55,411 bases of DNA from a virus (lineage: Duplodnaviria > Heunggongvirae > Uroviricota > Caudoviricetes). The DNA lies in the IMG/VR virus record IMGVR_UViG_3300009551_000002, positions 64,001 to 119,411 of that record; one strand, 5' to 3'. Below the pieces are notes generated by a model, which saw only the letters and a program-made list of their open reading frames with translations, was not told the DNA's origin and ran no database searches. Within the stretch, counting starts at the first letter, position 1; every line of letters begins with the position of its first letter. A program made the translations under genes and the position numbers. Positions 41,799-51,670 of this stretch are shown here, one piece after another.

Positions 41799-42530
41799 AT
41801 GCCTATCGATAGCGTCCAGAGAGGACAAAATACTTGCAACACTACGGTGGTCGTCGATCCAGCCAACACCGTAGCCAATCAGAATATCGTTCAGCCTGCT
41901 GCCGGTGACGGTGTCCTGTACAGCAGCACTTACGGGCCGTTGGTAGGAGCTTTCGGGCTACTGCTCAACGCGGGCGGAAACACGGATCGCCAACGGGCGG
42001 CTGTGGGAACTGTCGGTATCCCTGCCGTTAACACGGAAGGCACCAAGCCTACGTATTCGTGCGCAGTGTTCGCGTTCGCTCCCGTGGCGACGCCGACTGA
42101 CTTCTGGCAGATCATCGGCAGTGTCAGCAAGACGATTCGAGTTCTGCGGATTAGCGTCAGTGGTCTATCGACCAGTGGTGGGACTGTCCCACTGATCCTT
42201 TACAAACGAAGCACTGCGAACACCAGCGGCACGCTGAATCCGCAGACGGCGATTCCGCACAACAGCGGCAGTTCTCCGGCGACGGCTGTAGTCAATACTT
42301 ACAGTGCCTCGAATCCTACGCCCGGCACCGGATCTCCGGTACGCGCCTCGGAGTTGGTCATGGCCGCCAGCGGGACTTTCGGCGGTTCGGTGGTCTGGGA
42401 GTTCTCTACCCGCAACGATCAGGCGATGGTGCTGAGTGGTACTGCTCAGTCGCTTGATCTGAATCTGAACGGCACGGCGGTTCCTGGCGGCGGCGTGCTG
42501 ACGATCGACGTCGAGTGGACAGAGGAATAA
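41799..42530 (+). CDS. Putative tail-associated structural protein
   Basis: GGGAGA SD; beta-rich; after the tail tip gene. Confidence 0.7.
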   Translation: MPIDSVQRGQNTCNTTVVVDPANTVANQNIVQPAAGDGVLYSSTYGPLVGAFGLLLNAGGNTDRQRAAVGTVGIPAVNTEGTKPTYSCAVFAFAPVATPTDFWQIIGSVSKTIRVLRISVSGLSTSGGTVPLILYKRSTANTSGTLNPQTAIPHNSGSSPATAVVNTYSASNPTPGTGSPVRASELVMAASGTFGGSVVWEFSTRNDQAMVLSGTAQSLDLNLNGTAVPGGGVLTIDVEWTEE

Positions 42531-42543
42531 TCGGAGAACAACT

Positions 42544-43083
42544 ATGACTGGTGGAAGATGTCTCAGCGCTATCGTAAAGATGGATTGTTTCAAGGATCGG
42601 CTCGCCTTTGAACGGGGCGAGCTACTTTGGACAGTCCAGAATAGAAACATCGTCCCTAACCTGGGGCTGGATAATGCCCTTGGTCTCTTCGTCACTCCGT
42701 ATACGCCGGTCGCAAACTGGTATATCGGATTGGTGGATAACGCGGGATTTTCTTCCTACCAGTACACTGATTCTGCCGCACAGATCAATGGCTCTAACGG
42801 TTGGGACGAATGGACGTCGTATTCGGAAGCGAATCGGCAAGCCTATGTTGGAGTCGCAACCCCTTCCAGCTTTGGGTTCGGACAAGTTAGTAACAGCGCT
42901 TCTCAGGCTGTTTTCACCATGAGTGCTGGAGGCGCTCTTCGGGGCGCTTTCATGGTCTCGTCGAATGTAAAGGGAGGGACGAGCGGTATCCTCACCAGTG
43001 AAGTTAATTTCGACAGCGGCACGACGACTGTCGTCAACCTCAATATCATCCAGGTCACGTACATCATGCAGGGTTTCTCGTAA
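42544..43083 (+). CDS. Putative tail structural protein
   Basis: GGAGA SD; NIVPNLGLDNAL..WYIGLV, VFTM..GAF pattern seen in tail proteins. Confidence 0.7.
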   Translation: MTGGRCLSAIVKMDCFKDRLAFERGELLWTVQNRNIVPNLGLDNALGLFVTPYTPVANWYIGLVDNAGFSSYQYTDSAAQINGSNGWDEWTSYSEANRQAYVGVATPSSFGFGQVSNSASQAVFTMSAGGALRGAFMVSSNVKGGTSGILTSEVNFDSGTTTVVNLNIIQVTYIMQGFS

Positions 43084-43092
43084 GGAGGGTCG

Positions 43093-43266
43093 ATGGATCA
43101 AAAAGTAATTACAACAGACGCGATGAATACTTTTTTGGACGCGGTTGGGATTCCGCGAGGAACCAAACTCGTTGTCATAAAGTATGACGAGAGTGCGAGT
43201 CAATCAAAGGCCGGATTATTGGAGGTCGTCGATCGTCATCTAGGTTGTCTGATCGTCTCTGCATAG
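43093..43266 (+). CDS. Small hypothetical protein (57 aa, below cutoff)
   Basis: Perfect AAGGAGG SD; frame MDQKVITTDAMN...LIVSA. Confidence 0.65.
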   Translation: MDQKVITTDAMNTFLDAVGIPRGTKLVVIKYDESASQSKAGLLEVVDRHLGCLIVSA

Positions 43267-43267
43267 C

Positions 43268-45250
43268 GTGCCGCCAATCAATCTAACAGCAACGGAGAAC
43301 GGGGGATTCTTCCTTGAAGAGGAAGCCGATTATATCGGCCCCGTTCTAGGGACTGAATTCATCAGTTATCGAGATAAGGCGCAAGGGCCGAGTCTCGATA
43401 ACAAAATTCGTCTCGGCGATCACGCCACGATAGCGGTCATCCCGCCACAGCCGTATTTGATATCCGGCCCGACTCAGGTCAATTCCACGCAGGTCATTAG
43501 ATCGTTTGCCGGACCTTTTACGCAAGCTTCTAACTTACTACGTTCAGCGATATTAGCGGTGGTTTCTGACACGACGGATGATGTGGCGACACCAATGTCT
43601 CATCTCTCGGCTTTTGTGACGACCGATGGTGGTTTGACTTGGTCAGAAGTTGTCGGCCCCTATATATTCCAGTGGGATTATACGATGTGGCAGGCGACTT
43701 ACGGCAGCGGATGGACACCGTCTGATACACAAGTACACTTAGCTGGATTCTGCCAGCCTCCTTGGCCAGCCGGAAACAACTTCGGAACATTACCACCAGG
43801 ATATGATCTCGCGTTGGGATTTGGCGGGATTCCCATTTGTGCTGGGAGGGAAGGTTCTTCGGACGACATCTTCACGATCAATACTCCGCGAGGCATTACC
43901 ATCGTTCCCGAACAGATGCCCTTCGGTCTACAACAAACGGGGGGAAGTTGGCCGTTCAACATGGGGTCTCCTTCCTTCTTCGATTACGGCTACGTTAGCC
44001 AGTCGAATGCGGCCTCGATGGAATTGTGGCTATATAGTTTCAACCTCGCGTCTTTTTCGTGGTCAGTGCGCGGTAAGTGTGGCGAGTATTTGATGATTGG
44101 GCCGGGAGGTTCCTACGCACACGGCGGCGGTAGTTTCGGGGGACTTCTCTGCGCGCCGGACATTATTGCTATCAAGAACGGGCGCGGCATTGCGATGACG
44201 CACTTTGGCGGTCAGTGGTTTAACGGTGTCGGCAATGGCTCACATATAGGTTTCCCTCCCGTTCCAGGTTCTATCTTTCCAGTCAATGCTGGGCCGGGAG
44301 GCGGGGCTGAAATGATTATGAATTTCAGTACGACGGGAGGCTCGCATAATTGGAGCTACGTCACGGACCCGGACTCAAATTCTACTGCTAACCCGTCTAA
44401 TCCGCCGAATAATTCCTGGCGACCAGGATTAAGATCTGATTTTCAAACGAGAGGCATTCTATCCAATGGGGATATAGTCCTCGGAGGTAACCAAGTCGAC
44501 ATTGCAGTACAATACTCGCGGTATCGCGTCATGCGATGGCCAAGTGGAAGCTCTTCGGAAATACCGATATTTGAGAATGCTGTGGGGCCTATCTTTACCG
44601 GTGGAAGTTTTATTCTCTATCCTCCAGACGGCACTCCTCCAGTTACTCCATTCAACGGATCTAACTTAATTGATTTTCAAGGAAACCTTGATTCTTATCG
44701 TCAGGACATGACTGCTGGTAAGGTTCTAGCCATACAACCCCTTACTGCTGAGGGAGATTACTTCGGGATCTTGTACTCCGATAACAAAGTGATCGTCAAC
44801 AATGCCTCACAGGCATGGGTGGCGGCACTCGGCATTCTAGGAAATCAGCCGCAGACTCCAAATTACACGACACGGCTACGAGTGAGACTTAGCTGGATTC
44901 CATTCTCCATGCCGTTTTTGCGGCCTGAACCGCTCCTTTATTCTGATGCGATCCCGCCGCCGAGTGGTCATGAGGCGAGTGGATCTAAAGTTTTTCATCA
45001 ACCTCTTCCGCCGTTCTATAACGCGCAACCGATCGGGCATACGCTAGGGCCGGATAAAACACTCGGCATCTGTACTGTGCAGCCTGTCTTGAATCCATAC
45101 ACTGGAGATTTCTGCACTGCTAATCCACCGGGAGGACCACAATATGAGGGCGGAATATATAACATTTACTACAGTCGTGCTTGGATTCCATGGCCCGCCG
45201 GAGTGTCAGGGGCCTACATCTCAGGGAAGGGAAACTTCCTACTCGGCTAG
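43268..45250 (+). CDS. Pro/Gly/aromatic-rich 660-aa protein, possible receptor-binding beta-propeller
   Basis: GTG right after the upstream stop; Asp-box TTDGGLTW. Confidence 0.65.
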   Translation: MPPINLTATENGGFFLEEEADYIGPVLGTEFISYRDKAQGPSLDNKIRLGDHATIAVIPPQPYLISGPTQVNSTQVIRSFAGPFTQASNLLRSAILAVVSDTTDDVATPMSHLSAFVTTDGGLTWSEVVGPYIFQWDYTMWQATYGSGWTPSDTQVHLAGFCQPPWPAGNNFGTLPPGYDLALGFGGIPICAGREGSSDDIFTINTPRGITIVPEQMPFGLQQTGGSWPFNMGSPSFFDYGYVSQSNAASMELWLYSFNLASFSWSVRGKCGEYLMIGPGGSYAHGGGSFGGLLCAPDIIAIKNGRGIAMTHFGGQWFNGVGNGSHIGFPPVPGSIFPVNAGPGGGAEMIMNFSTTGGSHNWSYVTDPDSNSTANPSNPPNNSWRPGLRSDFQTRGILSNGDIVLGGNQVDIAVQYSRYRVMRWPSGSSSEIPIFENAVGPIFTGGSFILYPPDGTPPVTPFNGSNLIDFQGNLDSYRQDMTAGKVLAIQPLTAEGDYFGILYSDNKVIVNNASQAWVAALGILGNQPQTPNYTTRLRVRLSWIPFSMPFLRPEPLLYSDAIPPPSGHEASGSKVFHQPLPPFYNAQPIGHTLGPDKTLGICTVQPVLNPYTGDFCTANPPGGPQYEGGIYNIYYSRAWIPWPAGVSGAYISGKGNFLLG

Positions 45251-45298
45251 TAGCACAGCTTCCAGAAATACAGTAACCTGATCCAAACCGGAGAACAA

Positions 45299-45592
45299 TT
45301 GATGATACGTACGATTTCACCAGCGGAGAACTATATCGTCTGTGGCCGAGTAGGCATGACCGAAGTCGTGCCCGGCTCTGTAAAGGAACGATGCTTCTCT
45401 TGTCATCACGACGTCGTCATCTTCCCGAACTCTCAGAAGATGCTCCACGAGCGTCCTGAGTTGAAGCTCAAGATCGTTTGTACGTCCTGTTACATGGCTG
45501 CTCCTGACAAGGACCGCATCCAACCGAAAATACTGACCCGGTCGAATTCGCCCGAGGGTCTGATCGATGTGCTTAGAAAGGGTCCGCGATGA
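45299..45592 (+). CDS. Small Zn-finger protein
   Basis: GGAGA SD; CFSC...CTSC. Confidence 0.65.
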   Translation: MMIRTISPAENYIVCGRVGMTEVVPGSVKERCFSCHHDVVIFPNSQKMLHERPELKLKIVCTSCYMAAPDKDRIQPKILTRSNSPEGLIDVLRKGPR

Positions 45593-47577
45593 ATAAATTC
45601 ATTTCTACTACAATTCTTTTAATAGTGATGCTTTTTGTCAGTGTCACTGTGCAGGCGCAGACGTCGCCGTTTCCTCCGTCCGGTGGTGGTGCCGGAGCAG
45701 GCGCGATCGCTTGCTCAGGCACCCCTGGCAATACGACTGGCTCTTACCGGCAACAGTGTCAGACAGGCACCGGCGCTGTGTTCGCCTGCAACAATGCCAG
45801 TGGATGTACCGTAGCAGCGGATTGGGTTGCGGCGGTCGCTGGGACCGTGCGCGCCGGTCTGATCAGTGGCTTACCTGCTACCTGCAATGTCGGTGACGTC
45901 TACTTCGCGACCGATGCAGCGGCGGGCGCGAACATTTATCAATGTACGGCGACGGACATCTGGTCTCCTCCGGTCAGCGGCAGCGGTTCCACGAGCTACA
46001 GTCAGTCCTTTACTTCGCAGACCAGTGTCACCTTGACGCATAATCTAGGCACTGTCGCGGTAGAGGTCCAATGCTTCGATAGCGGCTCTCCTCCGCAGAA
46101 GATCGAAACGAACACTGAGCAGGCGTCGACGACCAATAGCTATACGGTCACCTTCTCGGTTGCTCAGAGTGGAAGCTGTGTGGTGCTTTCCGGTAGCGGT
46201 GGAGTCGGTCCAACCGGTCCAGCCGGTGCTCCTGGCGGCACCCCGCCCGGTGCCTTGTACAACACGCCTCTGACTGGGCTAGGGCTCGAATACGTCTCAG
46301 GCTTGACGTACACAGTAGGCGCAGGAACCTATCTGATCGGAGGAACACAGTATGCGAGCGCACAGACTCCCATCACGTTGGCGACTGCTGACCCTACCAA
46401 TCCTCGCATTGACGTCATCTACGTCGACAACAATAGCTCCGTGCAGGTGCTCACCGGGACACCTGCTGCAACGCCGTCTCAACCGTCAGTCGACTACTCA
46501 ACAGAATTGCCGTTGAACGTCGCACTAATTCCTGCTGGTGGAAGTGCTCCGACTGGAGTCTCCACCACACTGATCTATGACGAGAACGTAGAGTGGACTT
46601 GTTCTTCGACGACCCACATCAATTGCGCTTCGACGAACAATCCATATCACGGGACCAAAGACATTGAAGCGACAGCGGCAGTTCTAGGCAACAGCTTCAC
46701 GTTGGTTAAGCCTGCCAGCGGTACGACCGATCTCTCGACTCTCAACTCACTCGTTTGCTATATCGACCCTAAAGCAAAGTGGCCTAGCGGCAGCGGCACT
46801 GGGTCGAGCGCTCTGCGCACACTCTCTTTGTTCTGGTTGAACGGAGCAACACAAGTCGGACTCCAGGTCGTCATCCGCGATGGCGCATTCAATTTCAACT
46901 CAGCTACTCCGAGTTATCAGCAGATCAGTATCCCGCTAGGGCCGACAGGTCCTTTCGGTACTGGATCGAATCTCGTTACTTCCCTCAAAGGACAGATCAC
47001 CGGCAACGGTGGAACCTCCAGCATTGGGTTCTATGTCGATCAGTGTAGCCTACAGGGCGGCACTGGAGCCGTCACCCTGCCTATCACCTCGATGAACTTC
47101 AAGGGGAATTGGGCGAGCACGGCCAGCTATAACACTAACGACGTAGTGATTAGCAGTAACTGCGGCTATGTGGCGTTGACGAACAACACCAATGTGAATC
47201 CAAGCAATACTTCTACATGGCAGAACCTCTGCTCTGGAGTTGTGCCTATCACGACCGGCACGACTTCGATCACGCTCTCAGGGCCAACAGCCATTGGTAT
47301 CTGCCCTGGCGGCGGGGCATGCAATGTCGCGGTTCCGGTTCCTGTTAAGGGTGCCATGTACTGTGCCTGGAATGACGACAACGTGTCGACGACGATCACA
47401 TTCACGGCGCTAGGCTCGTCCGCACGCTATGAGAATCAGGCAAGGACAGCTTATGGGACGGCAGGTACAGGGACGCTTAGCTCAGCCGGAGCCGTGGGCG
47501 ACAAAGCCTGCATTGTAGGCATCGACAGTACGCACTATCAAACGATCAACGCTAGTGGGACTTGGACGGCCAGCTAA
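45589..47577 (+). CDS. Secreted multidomain fibre/adhesin-like protein (662 aa, 18 Cys)
   Basis: Signal peptide ..VTVQA/QTSP; short collagen-like GPTGPAGAPGG; GNW...Y..NDVV carbohydrate-binding-like motif. Confidence 0.75.
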   Translation: MNKFISTTILLIVMLFVSVTVQAQTSPFPPSGGGAGAGAIACSGTPGNTTGSYRQQCQTGTGAVFACNNASGCTVAADWVAAVAGTVRAGLISGLPATCNVGDVYFATDAAAGANIYQCTATDIWSPPVSGSGSTSYSQSFTSQTSVTLTHNLGTVAVEVQCFDSGSPPQKIETNTEQASTTNSYTVTFSVAQSGSCVVLSGSGGVGPTGPAGAPGGTPPGALYNTPLTGLGLEYVSGLTYTVGAGTYLIGGTQYASAQTPITLATADPTNPRIDVIYVDNNSSVQVLTGTPAATPSQPSVDYSTELPLNVALIPAGGSAPTGVSTTLIYDENVEWTCSSTTHINCASTNNPYHGTKDIEATAAVLGNSFTLVKPASGTTDLSTLNSLVCYIDPKAKWPSGSGTGSSALRTLSLFWLNGATQVGLQVVIRDGAFNFNSATPSYQQISIPLGPTGPFGTGSNLVTSLKGQITGNGGTSSIGFYVDQCSLQGGTGAVTLPITSMNFKGNWASTASYNTNDVVISSNCGYVALTNNTNVNPSNTSTWQNLCSGVVPITTGTTSITLSGPTAIGICPGGGACNVAVPVPVKGAMYCAWNDDNVSTTITFTALGSSARYENQARTAYGTAGTGTLSSAGAVGDKACIVGIDSTHYQTINASGTWTAS

Positions 47578-47578
47578 C

Positions 47579-48718
47579 ATGAAGCTCGTAATCTTACTCT
47601 TATCTGCGTTGTTCGCTAACGGTCAGATCCCCTTCCCGATTCTAATGGGCGGGTCGTCTGCTCCGAACCACAACGGCTTCGCGCACTATCGCGTGATCAC
47701 CATCAATCATACGCTCGTTCCAAATACTGACCAGACGAATTTCCCTGTGTTGGTGAATGGGACGATCTCGGCGACAGTCGGCAACGGTGGAAGTATTCAG
47801 CATACGGTCACCCAATCCGGAGGGTACGGACTGACGATCCCAGCGGACGCGATCGTCACCACTGATGTCGGGTGTACCACGAAAGTCGCAGGTTGGGAGT
47901 TTGAGGCTTACTCCGTTACAACGGGAGCTTCGTTGATTTGGTTCAATGCAAATACGGTTTCTCATCTCGTGGATAGCAAGTATTATCTCTGCTACGGGAA
48001 GCCTTCGATCTCGACTCAGCAAATGACAGTGTCGAGTACGTACGATGCTAATACTGGCGGCGCATGGCACTGGCCGAACGGGACAACCATTCAGAATGCT
48101 GACTCAACTGTAAATGGAAACACGACGAACGCGACCGTTGCAGTTACCGGCGAGATTGACGGCGGTACCGGCAACCCAGCATTTAATCTTGCAGTTTGTT
48201 GTGCAGGTACGAATTTGAGCCCGGCTTCTACAGTCACCTACGAAGGTTGGGCAAACTTCACTAATCTGTCCAATAGCCTGAACACGATCGGTGCTTGGGA
48301 CAATAATCGCGTCATTGGCACGGGCGGCGGCTACACTCTCAGCGTCAATAGTTCCGGCCACGTCACAGCGGGGATTGTGATCGCAGGGACGCAACTTACG
48401 ACTCTTGGAACACAGACGCTCGTTCCCGGTACTTGGTATCATCTGGCCTTGACGTACTCCAACGCTACCGGATTGATCTCCTATGTTAATGGGGTGCAGG
48501 ACGGAATAGTTGCTGGAGCAGGCACTTCAATTGATTATTCCGGCAACGCGTCTCTTCCCGGTATGAGATTTCTAACTTCTTTGACAGCGGGCGGTATGAC
48601 TGGCAGCATTGATGAACACCGAGTCTCGACCAGCGTCAGGTCAGCGGATTGGCTCAGGGCCGAATACAACAACCAGTCTAATCCGACGACATTCGCTCCG
48701 TTGGGCTCGGAGAATTAA
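47579..48718 (+). CDS. Secreted DUF2341-like plus LamG/ConA-like lectin protein
   Basis: MKLVILLLSALFANG/Q; TNFPVLV, WYHLALTY, YVNG, IDE.RVS..RSADWLRAEYNNQ. Confidence 0.8.
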   Translation: MKLVILLLSALFANGQIPFPILMGGSSAPNHNGFAHYRVITINHTLVPNTDQTNFPVLVNGTISATVGNGGSIQHTVTQSGGYGLTIPADAIVTTDVGCTTKVAGWEFEAYSVTTGASLIWFNANTVSHLVDSKYYLCYGKPSISTQQMTVSSTYDANTGGAWHWPNGTTIQNADSTVNGNTTNATVAVTGEIDGGTGNPAFNLAVCCAGTNLSPASTVTYEGWANFTNLSNSLNTIGAWDNNRVIGTGGGYTLSVNSSGHVTAGIVIAGTQLTTLGTQTLVPGTWYHLALTYSNATGLISYVNGVQDGIVAGAGTSIDYSGNASLPGMRFLTSLTAGGMTGSIDEHRVSTSVRSADWLRAEYNNQSNPTTFAPLGSEN

Positions 48719-48723
48719 CTATT

Positions 48724-49842
48724 ATGAAGACAAAATTGTTATTTCTACCATTTGTACTATTGTTTAGCCTGAATGCACAGACGAAGATCAACGGGAGGCG
48801 CGCTGTCACCGGCAGCGTGAATCCTCAGACTTCTACCTATCAAGTCTTGGCCTCCGACTTTAATAGTCCTTGCGGGGTCATCTCTGTCGCGTCTGGCACG
48901 TTCACAGTCACGCTCGTCGCTTCTGGTTCGCAACCTCCGGCTGGACAGTGCGTGACGATTATCAACTACGGCATAGGTGTATTGACTCTCGCGAGGAGCG
49001 GGCAGAACATCAACGGTGCTGCATCAAACATCGTCGGATCAGCGGGCACGGCGCTCAGTCCCACGGGTTGGACCGTGACGTCGGACGGCACGAACTATAT
49101 CGCAGCGCCTATCGGCGGCAGTGGTGGAGTGTCGATTACTTCCGGCCCCATCGCCTCTCGTCCTGGGTCGCCAGGGAACGCAGGCTCTATGTACTACTGC
49201 ACGGACTCTCCATATACTTACTTGTCTAACGGCTCAACGTGGGACGCTTATATCTTTGGCTATAAAGTCGTCGAGCCTGTAATGGCTAATTTCACACAGG
49301 TAAACGTCGGCCTCAGTACTTTCGACACGACTCACGGAGGCATCCTCTGGTCGGCAGGAACCGCAGGCGGGCATAATGTTCAAGTCCTGACGCAAACAGC
49401 AGGTATCCCTGCGTCCGGCGCTTATTATGTAGATGCTGCTTTTATTGCCTCATTCGGTGCTGGTAATGGAGCCTTCGGTGCCGGTCTAGCTGGCGGACTG
49501 CTCGCGTCAAGTTCATTTGCTTTTGCTGATTGGGGTGGTGAGAATAACTCTCAGTTCGGCATGGCTGCTAAGTTCTATAACACTACCACAAGCTATAACG
49601 GATCTGGTGGTTTTATAAATATGTGGCCCTTAGCTGCCCCACTTGCATGGTTCCGAATGTTTGACGATAGAGTCACAACGAGGACATATTATTACAGCAA
49701 TAACGGGTATCAGTGGTATCAGATCTACTCTGAGCCTAGGACGACACTTTTTACACCCGCATTCGGCACTGTAGCAATAACCAACTTCTCGACAAGCGCT
49801 AAACTGCTGCTACACTTTGTCCATTTTTCTATTCATACCTAA
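48724..49842 (+). CDS. Secreted tail-fibre-like protein, paralogue A
   Basis: MKTKLLFLPFVLLFSLNA/Q; YQVLASD..TVTL..IINYG.G.LT...SGQNING fibre domain. Confidence 0.78.
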   Translation: MKTKLLFLPFVLLFSLNAQTKINGRRAVTGSVNPQTSTYQVLASDFNSPCGVISVASGTFTVTLVASGSQPPAGQCVTIINYGIGVLTLARSGQNINGAASNIVGSAGTALSPTGWTVTSDGTNYIAAPIGGSGGVSITSGPIASRPGSPGNAGSMYYCTDSPYTYLSNGSTWDAYIFGYKVVEPVMANFTQVNVGLSTFDTTHGGILWSAGTAGGHNVQVLTQTAGIPASGAYYVDAAFIASFGAGNGAFGAGLAGGLLASSSFAFADWGGENNSQFGMAAKFYNTTTSYNGSGGFINMWPLAAPLAWFRMFDDRVTTRTYYYSNNGYQWYQIYSEPRTTLFTPAFGTVAITNFSTSAKLLLHFVHFSIHT

Positions 49843-49873
49843 AATCCCGCTCGGTGAACAATTAAAGGAGCCT

Positions 49874-50971
49874 ATGAAAAAGATACCTAGCCTACTGCTT
49901 ATGTTATCCGTCTCTTTGCTCGCTCAGCAAAGAACAGTAGTCGGCAGACGTGCCTATAGTGGGAGCGTCAATCCACAGACCACAACATATCAAGTTCTCG
50001 CATCGGACTTCAATGCACCGTGTGGTACGATACCAGTTGCTTCCGGGACGTTCACAATTACACTTGTGGCGAGCGTGTCACAACCTCCGGCAGGTCAATG
50101 CCTCGACATCATCAACTATGGTCCGGGAGTGTTGACGGTCGCGAGGAGCGGCCAGAACATCAATGGTGGGACAGCTTCGCTGTCTATTATTGCGGGATCG
50201 GCTACTGCTCCAACCGGCGTTCACATCTTGTCGAACGGCGTCGATTATATTGCCAGTGGTTGGGGAGCCCCGCCCGCCAATTCCATACTTCCCCCAGTAG
50301 CGTTTGCCAGTATTCCATCGGCCTTGACTGCTGGACGTTTGCAGATGTTCACGGATTCTCCCTACTTTGCCTACGACACCGGGTCTTCCTGGACGTACAT
50401 ACTTAATGGGAGCGGGCAGTTCAACCCATTCGTGCTGGGGAATTTTACAGCAGTGAACCTTAGTACTTCGACGACCACCAATATCGGTGGCGTTATCAAC
50501 ATGCAGGACTCGGAGAGCAATACCCAGTTCCATGGCTACTGCATTGCAGCGCCTGCGACCCCATATACGATCTTTGTTCCGATCACCTACACAATCCAGA
50601 ACGCATCCTTCCCTTCGTTGACGCTTGGTTTTTCGGATGGCACAAAATTTGAAAATATCCGTGTTACAAACATCTCCGGCGGTATTCAAGTTACCGGAGA
50701 CACGTGGAGCACTTCGACGACTGGTGAGGGCAACCTCGGTTCGTTTTTACCTCTCATTGGAGGTATGGTTTCTGGGCTGTCTGTAACCGATAACGGCACC
50801 AATAAAATCTTCAAATGGTACACGGACCCGCATCTTAGTTCTCCGACGACGTATCTGACGGAGACCAGAACTACGTTTTTGACAGCAACTCAGTGGTGTA
50901 TAGGCATCACAAGTAATGGAAATGGAGCATCGCTCGTTAATGCGACCTTCCTGGGTTATCAGCAGCAATAG
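49874..50971 (+). CDS. Secreted tail-fibre-like protein, paralogue B
   Basis: AAAGGAG SD; MKKIPSLLLMLSVSLLA/QQ; N-terminal domain 63/75 identical to paralogue A. Confidence 0.8.
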   Translation: MKKIPSLLLMLSVSLLAQQRTVVGRRAYSGSVNPQTTTYQVLASDFNAPCGTIPVASGTFTITLVASVSQPPAGQCLDIINYGPGVLTVARSGQNINGGTASLSIIAGSATAPTGVHILSNGVDYIASGWGAPPANSILPPVAFASIPSALTAGRLQMFTDSPYFAYDTGSSWTYILNGSGQFNPFVLGNFTAVNLSTSTTTNIGGVINMQDSESNTQFHGYCIAAPATPYTIFVPITYTIQNASFPSLTLGFSDGTKFENIRVTNISGGIQVTGDTWSTSTTGEGNLGSFLPLIGGMVSGLSVTDNGTNKIFKWYTDPHLSSPTTYLTETRTTFLTATQWCIGITSNGNGASLVNATFLGYQQQ

Positions 50972-51035
50972 GCGGCCCGAGGTATAGGCGACGATGTCGT
51001 CTTTTATGACATAATGGAACGGACTCAGGTATCCC

Positions 51036-51500
51036 ATGAATCACAAACTCCTCCTCCTCCTTTTGACGATCGTTGGTTGTTCCGGCCAGCAGGTCTTTCA
51101 GGTGACAGCCAATAACGGCGACGGCACCACCTGTACCGGCGTGCAGAACTCCGGCACCAACGTCAACTTTACCTTGACTTGCGTGGCTATGTTCCAAGGC
51201 AAGCCCACCGGGGTCTACCACATCTATGAAGGCGGTAGCGCGCAGGTGAAGGTCCCCGGCGCTCATACGGTCAGCTTGGGCGACGTGCTCTGTTTGTTCG
51301 GATCTAACCCGACGAACTTCGCGGTCACCTTCCCTCTGCTACCTCCCACCCCTGCCCATAGTCTTGCCTACGACTGTGCAGTGAATCTCAGGAACGCTAA
51401 CGTGGTGGTTGGGAATGCTCCCGGAGTGAGCGGCGTGGTAACATGGACCGCGCTTACCCAACGTAGCTTTCTCTATCGTCTATTTCATCCACGTTCGTAG
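51036..51500 (+). CDS. Secreted protein or lipoprotein
   Basis: MNHKLLLLLLTIVGCSG/QQ: either an SPI site before Gln or an IVGC lipobox; 4 further Cys. Confidence 0.7.
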   Translation: MNHKLLLLLLTIVGCSGQQVFQVTANNGDGTTCTGVQNSGTNVNFTLTCVAMFQGKPTGVYHIYEGGSAQVKVPGAHTVSLGDVLCLFGSNPTNFAVTFPLLPPTPAHSLAYDCAVNLRNANVVVGNAPGVSGVVTWTALTQRSFLYRLFHPRS

Positions 51501-51523
51501 GGCATATAAGCGTCTCTTCTAAG

Positions 51524-51558
51524 GCGGGTCAGCTTCGGCTGGCCCGCTATTTTTATTT
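51524..51558 (+). terminator. Rho-independent terminator ending the late operon
   Basis: GCGGGTCAGC-TTCG-GCTGGCCCGC stem-loop plus T-rich tail. Confidence 0.88.
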
Positions 51559-51559
51559 A

Positions 51560-51588
51560 TTGACATACGTATTCGCGTCGTGTAAGAT
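51560..51588 (+). promoter_or_regulatory. Sigma70-like promoter TTGACA-N17-TAAGAT
   Basis: Near-consensus hexamers, AT-rich upstream, precedes the ParB-like gene. Confidence 0.75.
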
Positions 51589-51670
51589 TTCATTTACCCG
51601 CCGTTCGTGCAGAGTTTTACCAATAAGTAGTCTTTGTAGTAGATATCGTCGGAATAAGGAGCCCACACCT

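Noticed and set aside
48790-48805. GRRA as a twin-arginine (Tat) signal in the two paralogues
   Set aside because: It lies after the hydrophobic core and predicted cleavage site, not before it
45589-51500. Diversity-generating retroelement acting on the fibre genes
   Set aside because: No reverse transcriptase and no near-identical TR/VR pair with adenine-specific mismatches; paralogue differences are at all bases
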